In this document: positions 11,489-22,019 of the stretch, piece after piece
How positions within the stretch are numbered: position 1 is the first letter of the stretch
How the letters are laid out: each line of letters opens with the position of its first letter
Assembly (NCBI RefSeq): GCF_044704955.1
Contig: NC_091992.1
Span: 57,412,001-57,476,000 of the forward strand
From: Pristiophorus japonicus
Lineage: Eukaryota
Reading direction: 5' to 3'
Length of the DNA stretch: 64,000 nucleotides
Program-made: the position numbers and the translations under genes
The notes under the pieces: model-generated
Database searches by the model: none
What the model saw: only the letters and a program-made list of their open reading frames with translations
What the model was told of the DNA's origin: nothing

Positions 11489-12117
11489 GGGCTGGATTTT
11501 TGGCCTGTTGCTGCCTCTGTTTTCGCCCTGGAAGGGCGGCAATGGTCGTGGTAAGCACTTCCGGGCAGGCGGCCAGCTTTCACCATCCCGCCAGGGTTGG
11601 GGCCAGTTTCAGCGGGGCGTAGAGCATTACCACCCGGAAGAGGCGAGCCAGTGTGCAATGACCCTGGTTGCGACACTGGCTCGATTTTTGGCTCCCGCCC
11701 GATCCGTATCGCTCCGTAGGGTGCCCTGCTGCGACAGCCTGTAAAAGTGGGCGGTTCGAGCTGCAGCAGCCGCAGTGAGGTAAGCAATGCAGTCCTCAGG
11801 TAAGTGTGATTGGGTGTTTCTGCGATTCATGTTGTGGTGGCGTGAGTTATTTATTGGGAATGTTTTTTTCAGGTTTTTTTCTCCCCCAGGCCTCGCTCAG
11901 AGTGCTCCGAGGCCGGCTGTTTAGCTCGGGATTTTCCTATGCTCAGTCGGCCTGGCGCCCTGAGAGGTGTGTGTAACGCCTCCCTTAGCGCTCCGCCCCA
12001 CACTCAGGGCCCAGCTGCCGAATATTGCTGACTGAGGCGCAAACTGTTCCTGGGCGCAAACTTTACCGCCCCGCCGCCATTACCGCCCCGAAATCACCAA
12101 CGCAAAAAATCCAGTCC
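11489..12117. mobile_element. Harbinger-type MITE (family M1)
   Basis: TIR GGGCTGGATTTTT / AAAAATCCAGTCC; 3-bp TSD AAT; homologous to 52638-53223 and, inverted, to 57755-58323. Confidence 0.88.
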
Positions 12118-12427
12118 AATAGATTATACCAATTTTGCTGAGCAGACATTACCAATTATATCCACCTTTATGTTGCATTCATTCACTCTACAAGTTTAAA
12201 AATCAGTGTAAAGACACTACATTAAACTCGTGAAGTGTATTTGGATGCATTCTGAACTGACAAAACTAAGGAGACTGAGACCAACTCCTCCAGGGAGTTT
12301 TTATCCTCTGCTCTTATCTCTAAATTCAGGTTGCATTTGCTCTATAACTGCAGCAATGTTGCAAAATAAAACCACTTCACACCAATGTCATTATGTAAAT
12401 ACACTCTTGCAGAAAAAGGTTGGATTA

Positions 12428-12803
12428 GATCATCATCATAGGCAATCGCTCGAAATTGAGGAAGACTTGCTTCCACTCAAAGTGAGTTCTCAGGTGACTG
12501 TACAATTCAATGTGGGAATTACAGTCTCTGTCACAGATGGGGCAGACAGTGATTGAAGGAAAGGGAGGGTGGGACTGGTTTGCCGCACGCTCTTTCCACT
12601 GCCTGCGCTTGGTTTCTGCATGCTCTCGGCGACGAGACTCGAGGTGCTCAGCGCCCTCCCGGATGCTCTTCCTCCACTTGGGGCGGTCTTTGGCCAGGGA
12701 TTCCCAGGTGCCGGTGGGGATGTTGAGGGTGTCTATGAGGGTGTCCTCTGCCCACCTGGAGCTCGCTTGCCGTGTAGGAGTTCCCAAGTAGAGTGCTTGC
12801 TTT
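12428..12803 (-). mobile_element. RTE LINE 3' fragment
   Basis: TWESLAKDRPKWRKSIREG...CPICDRDCNSHIELYSHLRTH (RTE C-terminal zinc finger); (ATG)n tail. Confidence 0.88.
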
Positions 12804-13378
12804 GGCAGGATCCTCAGTAGCACCAGAGGGGGCTACAATCCAGCAAAGCCCTAATGATTTCTGAATAAAGGACGATGGCCTTCATCGGCATTAAGACAAT
12901 CAAAGGCACTCCTTGTCAGCTTTTTATTTATTCACCTGAGATTTGAGAGGAAGCCAAAATCCAGCTGGTATTCAATAAATTCACCTTATTTTACAAATCA
13001 GCCAATATGAATGGCGCAGTGCTGTCACACTGAGAACAGCTTTGCAGATCATTACTTTCAATAGTAATAGCGAATTGGAGATGTCTGCTAATGCTTTCAT
13101 AAGTGTACCCACTGTTTTCTTTTACAGATGATGGTCTGCAGTGAGAACCAGTACTGCACAGTACGTGACAACACCCAGTGTCACCACCTACACTAAATGC
13201 CCACTTGCAAACTAGCATTTTGGGATTCATTGGGTATTGTCTTGGTTAGGAAAGGACAGAAGCCGTGGGAGCTATTCGGGGCCAGAAGATGCAGGCCATT
13301 GAGTCGCCATACTAGCTGCTCCTGGTTGGGCCCCTCGGGCTGCAGTATTTAGTCTTCCTGCATTCCCAAGGGAGACAT

Positions 13379-13729
13379 CTTACAGGGCTTGACAGGGTAG
13401 ATGCAGGATGGAAGTTTCCTCTGGCTGAGGAGTCTAGAACCAGGGCACACCGTCTGAGAATAAGGGGTCAGCCATTCAGGACTGAGATGAGGAGAAACTT
13501 CTTCACTCAGAGGATGGTGAATCTTTAGAATTCTCTACCCCAGAGGTTGTCTTTGAGTATATTCAAGACAGAGATCGATAGATTTTTGGATATTAAGAGA
13601 ATCAAGGGATATAGGGAGGGTGCAGGAAAATGGAGTTGTGGTAGATGATTAGCCATGATCTTATTGAATGGCAGAGCAGGCTCGAGGGGCCGAATGGCCT
13701 ACTCCTGCTTCTAATTCTTATGTTCTCTA
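13379..13729 (+). mobile_element. CR1 3' fragment
   Basis: LTGLDRVDAG...RTEMRRNFFTQRMVN-like coding remnant and 3' UTR GGGCCGAATGGCCTACTCCTGCT. Confidence 0.85.
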
Positions 13730-13904
13730 TCAATCAGTACTCAATCCTTTAATTCATATTCTTTACCTCACCCTCATGCACTTAGCACTGTTGCAAGCCT
13801 CGCATCCACGACTCACAGCACGCAAAAACTAACAGCTATTCAACTATGACAGCCAAATCAACTAAACATATTGCAGGACACTCACTGACACACTTCCCTC
13901 TTTC

Positions 13905-15170
13905 TTGCCAGAGAAGGTGGTGCATAAAAGGAGGCAGCAGGAAAGAACTGGAAGAAGACAAGCACACCTGAATGTTTCATCTCCCAAGGAGGCGGTGCTG
14001 GCCATCATGGGAAGGGGCATTGCTGAGGCTATGACCACTGGTGGAGCCAGAGGGATTGATAATAGAGAGTATCTGCAAACCTAATCCTCCTTCTCTCTTC
14101 CCACTTCCTGCTCATCCCACAATCTCTTCTGACTCACAAGCTGCAGAGAGTGAAAGCAGACACTTTTCTTACTTATTCCTCTCCCATACCCAACACTTGT
14201 CCCTTTTTCATTTCAGATACCCAAAAACTGGAACCCTCCCAGTCAGGGGAGGAATAGGAAGAAGACAGCGACGATGAAGAGACACCGTCACTTGATCTTA
14301 CACACACAGCCACCAGCTCAGAGACTGACACCGTGCGTATTTTAGAGGCTAGAGTGGAGGAAGGAACTGCACATCACATACCAGGCATAAGTGCGCAGCA
14401 GCCAGGGCGGGGAAAAGGACAGCGCAGGTGGCAGCTCGCCAGAAAGTGAGGTCGCACACTAATTCTACTGCAGAGGAATCAGATGAGAGCTTCGATGGGC
14501 CAGGCTACAGAAGGCGGCTGAGGGTGTGCAAATGCTAGGTGCACTGGAAAGACTGCAGAAAGCCTGAGCACAATGTCAAGAAGCATGGAGGAGTCCAGCT
14601 CCTAGCACAGAGTTTTGCAAAGAACATGGAGCCTATCTTTTCCAATGTGGAACAGGTGGTCACCTTCAGCAGCACGCCTGTGGAACCAAGCATGCTGCAG
14701 CGTCTGAGAGCCCATGTTGCAGCTTCCATCAAAGGTCTGAATGCGGTAGTGGGAGCTCAGACTGCTGCCATCGTGGCTCTGGATACCACTGTACAAAGGG
14801 GCTTCCCGAGTATCACAGCAAATCAGTAGGATCACTGAGGTACCACCCCAGGTGAGTGACGGTAGTTCCATGGAATACAAACCTACTGTCCTCTCTCAGG
14901 ATGACAGCATTCCTGCTCCCACCCCTGCCACTCCGCCAGTGCCCTTGCTGTTACCAGCCAGCCAGCCCAGACTGCTGCCACTCAAGCAGAGATGATGCAG
15001 TGTGAAATCGGGACCTCTGAGCTGCTTGAAGTCACCCTCTAAGGCTATCTGATGTCTCCTTAATTGAAGGTTAGTAGCTTCCACCACCCATGCTGCAGCC
15101 ACTGGGGTAGCACCTCGTGGGAGCTCTATGATAGGCAAAGGCAGTAAGGATATGCACATGGGTGATTAGT
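13905..15170 (+). pseudogene. Harbinger Myb/SANT-like partner gene remnant (exons 2-3) of an older Harbinger element
   Basis: After a pyrimidine tract/AG near 13911 it reads EKVVHKRRQQERTGRRQAHL...AVLAIMG, similar to KKMAHNKRERTQTEGGPANL at 23844. A second acceptor TTTCAG near 14217 precedes an acidic, low-complexity exon. Confidence 0.6.
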
Positions 15171-15442
15171 TTAATTTTGTATGCATTATGTAATGAGTGA
15201 ATTGAGCAAATTGGATTGGAATGTGCAGTTTCTGGTGGTTTTATTTCTGTGTCACCAGAAAGAGGACGACGTGATGGTCAGTGGCAGAGGGATTGTAAGG
15301 ATCGTGGGACTGTTGGTGAGTGGGGCGTTGTGGTTAAGGTTACTGGTATCGCACGTGAATTATTTCATCACATAGAACCCGGACATAAAGGGCTGTCTAC
15401 GTTGTAGCCTCTTTCCTCTTCCTGTGCCTCCACTTCCTGCAG

Positions 15443-15821
15443 TATAATGGTAAGTACTGCAAGGAATCGAATACGGCCAGGGTGATCTCCTGGATTAGAT
15501 TCGATCGCCTGGATGGGTCGGAGAGGAATTTACCCAGATTTTTTTCTGCCTAAATTGGCCTGTGTTTTTATCTGGCTTTTGCCTCTCCCAGGAGATCACA
15601 TGGCTCCGGTTGGGGTAGAGTGTAGAATGTTTCAGTATAAGGAGTGTCGCAGTTGTATGAGGCAGACTGGTTGGGCTGGGTGTTCTTTGCCTTTCCGTCA
15701 TTGTTCATAGGTTTATATGTAACCTTTAGGGCTGCTGACCAAGGCTGTGTGGCTCTTTGTCGGCCGGCGTGGACACGATGGGCCGAAATGGCTCCCTCTG
15801 CGCTGTGAATTTCTATGTTTC
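15443..15821 (+). mobile_element. CR1-family 3' UTR fragment
   Basis: Ends GCTCTTTGTCGGCCGGCGTGGACACGATGGGCCGAAATGG...TTTCTATGTTTC, the same tail type as 520-600. Confidence 0.65.
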
Positions 15822-18800
15822 TGTTGTGTATGCAATAATTGTTAGACTGAGTACTGTTCAACTCCAAGAGGTATGACCTTGGCTCTGCTTTATTAAGGCC
15901 CAAAGTGATTAATATACAAAATGGCTGGCCTTTTATACTTGGGCTGCACACCCGTGCATGCAGCCCAATGGCCTCCAACAGTGACGCCATCTAGTGGCTA
16001 GTGATCCCAAAAGTACATACATGACAATAACCCCCTCTGAGATATTAACAGTCTTTTACAAATTTAGACGGTCCGGTGTTTTAAGCCCCCAGGTTGACCG
16101 TCTCAGTTCAACACCAGCCTTGGGTGAGTGTTCAGAGTCTGTTGTGACTGGTGGCTGACCTGGTGGGAGTGGCAATGGCCATGTCAGGGATTGAAAGTCC
16201 ATTTTCATTGAACATGTCAGTGATTGAAAGTCCTGATTCACTGATGACCACTGAGTCCTCTGATGACTGGGGGTAGGTTGGTTGGTCGTTGACTGTCTCT
16301 TCCTCCGACTGTTCCGGTTCGTCTGTGTGCCGCAGCTTTGTCTGAGTCATATGTTTCCTGCAGGTTTGCCCATTTTTGAGCTTGAGAATCAGTACTCTGT
16401 TGCCCTCCTTGGCCATGACAGTACCAGCGATCCACTTGGGACCCTGACCATAATTCAGAACATATACAGGATCATTTACAGAAATATCGCATGACACAGC
16501 TGCGTGATTGTGATACCCTTGCTGACTTTGTCTTCTATATTCAACATGATTATTCAAGTCAGGGTGTACAAGAGATAGCTTGGTCTTAAAACCTCTCTTC
16601 ATCATTAGTTCAGCAGGCGAGACCCCGGTAAGCTTGTGTGGTCTTATGCTATAACTAAGCAGTATGCACCACAGGCAGGTCTGCAGTGACCCCATGGATT
16701 ACTCGCTTCATACTCTGCTTTATGACTTGGACAGCACATTCTGCTTGCCCATTGGATGCAGGTTTGAACGGTGCTGACCTTACATGTTTGATACCATTGA
16801 GTTTCATGAACTTTTGAAACTCCTGACTGGTGAAGCACGATCCGTTGTCGCTAACAACGATGTCGCTAACAACGACGTCAGGCAGACCAGGAGTCGTGAA
16901 TATGACACTGAGATTCTCAATGGTAACTGTGGATGTGCTAGATGACACTCTATACACTTCGAATATGCATCCACCACAACTAAAAACATCTTCCCCAGGA
17001 AGGGACCTGCAAAGTCTATGTGGATCCTGGACCATGGCTTGGACGGCCATGACCACAGATTCAGCGGCAATTCCGCTGGTGCTTTGCTGAGCTGCATGCA
17101 AGTGTTATACTGATGCACACATGATTCCAGCTCAGAGTCAATTCCCAGCCACCATACATGAGACCTGGCAATGGCTTTCATCATTACAATGCCGGAATGT
17201 GTGCTATGTAGCTCACGTACAAATTTCTCTCTCCCTTGCTTGGGCATAAACAACACGATTGCCCCACAATATACAATCCAACTGAATAGACAGTTCGTCT
17301 TTGCGATGAATGTAAGATTTGGTCTCCTATCACACATTTGCTTGGATATGACCAATCACCTTTGAGGATGCAACTCTTCACCACCGATAAAATCGGGTCC
17401 TGGCTGGTCCAGGTCTTACCTTGTCGAGCCGTGACAGGGGCTCCTTCACTCTCAAAAGCATTCATAACAGTAGGTCTACCGGTTGTGGCGTTTCCACCTC
17501 CGGTGTGGGCAGCGGTAGACGGCTCAAAGCATCGACACAATTCTTGGTGGCAGGTCTATGGCGAATGACATAATCATAAGCGGATAATGTCAGCGCCCAC
17601 CTCTGGATGCGGAATGAAGCATTGGTATTGATACCTTTGTTTTCAGAGAACAGTGAAATGAGCGGCTTGTGATCTCTCTCCAGTTCAAACTGAAGACCAA
17701 ACAGGTACTGATGCATCTTTTTAACCCTATACACACAGGCTAGTGCTTCTTTCTATACCATGCTGTAGGTTCTTTCCACTTTAGACAAACTTTTTGAAGC
17801 ATACGCGACTGGTTGAAGTTTACCCGACTCATTAGCTTGTTGGAGTACGCAACCAATTCCATATGACGAAGCATCACAGGCCAATACTAAACGTTTACAT
17901 GGGTCATAATGTACCAGCAGCTTGTTAGAACAAAGCAGATTAGTGGCTTTCTCAAAAGCTCTGTCTTGAGACGCACCTTACACCCAGTTGTTGCCTTTTC
18001 TTAGCAGCACGTGCAGTGGTTCTAATAAGGTGCTCAATTTAGGTAGGAAGCTACCGAAGTAGTTGAGTAGACCCAGGAATGAACGCAGCTCTGTCACATT
18101 CTACGGCTTGGGTGCATTCTTGATGGCCTTGGTTTTCGCGTCCATGGTCCTGATGCCGTCAGCAGCAATTTTCCTCCCCAGGAATTCGACCTCTGGTGCT
18201 ATGAAGACGCACTTCGAGCGTTTCAGTCTGAGTCCCACTTTGTTCAGACGATGTAGGTTGTTCAGATGTTCCTCGGAGTCACGCCGTGATCAGGATGTCA
18301 TCTTGGAACACAACGTTTCTGGGAACGGACTTTAGTAAACTCTCCATGTTCCTCTGAAATATTGCTGCAGCTGATCGAATTCCAAAAGGGCACCTGTGAT
18401 AAATAAACAGTCCTTTTTGCGTGTTATTGCATGTAAGTCTCTTCGACGTCTCGACCAGCTCCTGTGTCATGTAGGCCGATGTCAAGTCCAGTTTGGTGAA
18501 CGACTTCCCCTGGATTAGCTTTTCAAACAAGTCATCAGCCTTCGGTAACAGGTACTGATTCTGTTTCGAAACCCTGTTGATCATAGCCTTGTAGTCTCCA
18601 CAGATTCTGACTATGCCATTACTTTTCAGCACAGGAACAATGGGGCTGGCCCATTCACTAAATTCAACCGGTGATATGATCCCTTCACGCTGGAGTCTGT
18701 CCAGTTCAATTTCGATCTTCTCCCTCATCATGTATGGAACTGCCCGAGTTTTATGATGGACAGGTCCACGTGGATCTGTACCTTGGCTCCCATGAAGTTG

Positions 18801-19350
18801 CTGATGCCTAATTCGAACAGCGAGGGGAACTTGCTCAGTACTTGGGCACATGTATCTTTCTCCAACGACAATGCCTTGATGTCGTTCCAATCGCATCAGA
18901 TTTTTTCAAGCCAGTTCCTGCCTAACAGCCTTGGGCCATTGCCTGGGACAATCCATAACGGTAACTCGTGAACCGCACCATCATACGACACTTTAATTGC
19001 GGCACTGCCAATCACTGTTATGAGTTCTTTGATGTACATGCGCAACTTGGCATTGATTGGATTCAGCCTGAGCCTCACAGCCTGAGTATCCCACAACTTG
19101 ATGAATACCCTCTGGCTCAGTATCGATTGACTCATCCCCGTGTCCAGTTCCATCGATACAGGCACCCCATTAAATTTCACGTTGATCATTATCGGTTTGC
19201 TCTTAGTTAGGAACGAGTACAGTTCATACACTTCCTCCTTTGGTATCTCGGATTGCATATCCGGATCAGCGCTAGTCTGACCATCATCCTCCACATGGTG
19301 TCTCGCAGCACGCTTGCTCATCTGCGGACACTTGCGCTGGAGGTGCCCCA
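15822..19350 (-). mobile_element. Ty3/Gypsy family B, 5'-truncated (3' LTR at 15822-16026)
   Basis: LTR TGTCAT...CAACA preceded by PPT TCAGAGGGGGTTAT; protease LDTG and LLGRNWL, RT FQDD, RNase H and integrase fragments. The LTR is unrelated to family A. Confidence 0.9.
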
Positions 19351-19442
19351 TTCTCTGAACTGCCTCCAAAGTAAGTATATCCTTTCGTAAATATGGAAAC
19401 CAAAACTGCACACAGTATTCCAGGTGTGGCCTCACCAATACC
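19351..19442 (-). mobile_element. Short CR1 RT fragment
   Basis: [29 protein letters not shown]. Confidence 0.85.
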
Positions 19443-19910
19443 ATTCATGATAATGGCAGAGTTCACATGAGGCGCTCACAAGGTAATGTGTGCGCAGTCA
19501 ATGGTGCCCTGCACCATGGGGAAACCTGCAATTCATACAAACTCTCACACTCACTCCGCCTGCTTGTCTCTGGCTAGAGGGAATGAGATTAAACTGTTCC
19601 TCTGTGTCTGGAGAGCCTCAGTGCAGCAATGCACTGCAAACTGCGAGATTTTGCTTATATCTCCAGCAGCAGCCTGAAAGGAGCCACGGTCACCTTGACA
19701 GCCACAGGCAGTGCTGTCCTTGCCCTGCTTTGAGGTTGCAGTTGTGGCTGCAGCTATCGGCAGATTTCAGTCACAACCTCTTTTGTGAAGCGAACACGTC
19801 TCAAGCGTTGGTCGTCACTGAAGTTGAGATAAGAGAATTGCTCCCTAAAGACCCTTAAGTTGATACGGCCTCCCGCTGAGAGCTCTTCCTCTCCTCCTCC
19901 TCCCTCTTCT
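19443..19910 (-). pseudogene. Harbinger transposase N-terminal half, convergent with the Myb remnant at 13905-15170
   Basis: RVFREQFSYLNFSDDQRLRRVRFTKEVVTEIC...ALPVAVKVTV...GSFQAAAGDI...IAGFPMVQGTIDCAHI (first catalytic D); contains stops. Confidence 0.82.
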
Positions 19911-21384
19911 AGCAGTTAGTCCTGCTCTGCGTGGCCCTTCATTTTCCCAGTTATGCTCAATTCCCAGAGGAAGTCCTACCTGGCCACTCATTTCTGGGAG
20001 TGACTTGTTTTAGTATAAGGTTTTAAATGAACAGGAAAGTACTTCATCAGCATTCTGACCACTCCCTGTAGACTATTTAAACTTTAGCCAAGTAAAGGAA
20101 ATCTCCAAAAACACTAGCAGCCAGGAGAAATAATTCAGCAACTAACCTGTAAGTAGTTCATGATCCATTTAAATAGCGCTGGTGGGGACCCTTCATTCCG
20201 ATTTACGTCGTGTTCAGCAGGGTGGAGTGTATAATTGAAAACTGACAGCGCTGGTGTCAATCACTATTGCACACTGATTTGCTTGTTCTGCATGCTGCTG
20301 ATGGTTAAGTAAGTGCACAAACCCCTTTACCAAGATGGCGTCCTGCTCACATACCATCGGAAGTATGTCCGCACATCTCAGACCCCATTTTCGAATGTTA
20401 GGTGGCTACACAGCCCACTTAGTCTCCTTGGAGTTATACCACTTTTGTTCTTAGTGTTCTTGTACTATGTACTGACCAGAAAAAATTTATTTGAATTTTC
20501 AGGATAAAATGGGAAGGGGGGGGGGCGGTGTGGTGGGGGGGTGGAAAAGAGGAAGAGAAACTGCTTTTTAGGGAAAGCCAAAACTGGCAGCACTGCAATG
20601 AGGCAAAGGCAGTCGAGACAGACAATTAACTCCTTTACAAAACTGCATAAGTATCTGGTTAGGATTGTAATTGGTGGTTATAGGCATAGACTCGCTGATT
20701 CCTATTATGCTGAATGAAGGAATGCTCCCTGTGGAGGGCTGCAGGCCAAAGCTGAGTAGCGGGCATGCAGGGAGTGAATTAATATTTTTGAATTTTATTT
20801 GATTATCTTTGAGATTCAGAAGCTACAGCCCTATCATCAGGATATTCAGTGGAAGGGTACATTGTACACAGTCTGTAAAACATGATTAGGTTTGAGGGCA
20901 CATCTTCAAACTACTGAAAGGCAAATTTAGGACTGAAGTCAAGAACTTCTTCATGCAAAGAACTGGGATGTTAAATTTATGTTAAAAGCACTATATAAAT
21001 GCAAATTGTTGTGTTTCATGGGACACATAATGGGCCCAAGTTTCCACAAGAAAAAAAACGGGCGCCCCTCCGAGCTGGGCGCCCGTTTTTCGCGCCTAAA
21101 ACGGCGCCTAAAAAAATCCTCGGTATTCTCCACCGACTTACAGGTCCTGTGGCACTCGGCGCAGCCGGCACGAGCTGTGGGGGGGGCGGAGTCAGGTCCC
21201 TGCGCTGAAAACAGTGCCGGGACCTCTGCACATGCGCGCTACAGTCGGCACGCAAGTGCAGTAGCTCCAGGCACCGAACTGTGTGGGAGGGGCCCGAAGC
21301 ACGCAGCCCCTAGCCCTGACCCAATGGCCTCACTGGGGCTGCGTGAATGAGGCTCCTCCCACGGCCAGCTCCTGCTCCCCGCCC

Positions 21385-21839
21385 GACCAGACCCGACACT
21401 CGCTCCCCCCCCCCACCGACCCGAGACCCGCTCCCACCCCCCCCCGACCGAGACCCGACACCCGAGACCTGCTCCCCCACCCCCACCCGAGACCCGCTCC
21501 CCCGACCCGACACCCGCTCTCCCCCCCCACCCCGCCCCGACCCGAGGCCCGCTCCCCCCACCACCGACCCGACCCGAGACCCGCTCCCCGCCCCGACCCG
21601 ACACCCGCTCTTTCCCTCCCCCCGACCCGACACCCGCTCCCCCCCCGACCCGACACCCGCTCTTTCCCTCCCCCCGACCCGACACCCGCTCCCCCCCCGA
21701 CCCGACACCCGCTCTCCCCCCCCCCCCACCGACCCGACACCCGTTCTCCCCCCCCCGACCCGACACCCGCGCTCCCCCCCTCCGACCCGACACCCGCTCC
21801 TGTTCCCCGACCCCCCCCTCTCTTCCCCCCCCTCTCTTC
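21385..21839. repeat. C-rich minisatellite (CCGACCCGACACCCGCTC + C-run)n
   Basis: More than 12 imperfect units of about 22-32 bp running into the N gap. Confidence 0.92.
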
Positions 21840-22019
21840 NNNNNNNNNNNNNNNNNNNNNNNNNNNNNNNNNNNNNNNNNNNNNNNNNNNNNNNNNNNNN
21901 NNNNNNNNNNNNNNNNNNNNNNNNNNNNNNNNNNNNNNNNNNNNNNNNNNNNNNNNNNNNNNNNNNNNNNNNNNNNNNNNNNNNNNNNNNNNNNNNNNNN
22001 NNNNNNNNNNNNNNNNNNN
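21840..22019. other. Assembly gap (180 N)
   Basis: Run of N. Confidence 1.

Noticed and set aside
21385-21839. CRISPR-like repeat array
   Set aside because: No unique spacers, only variable C-runs; eukaryotic context and no cas genes.
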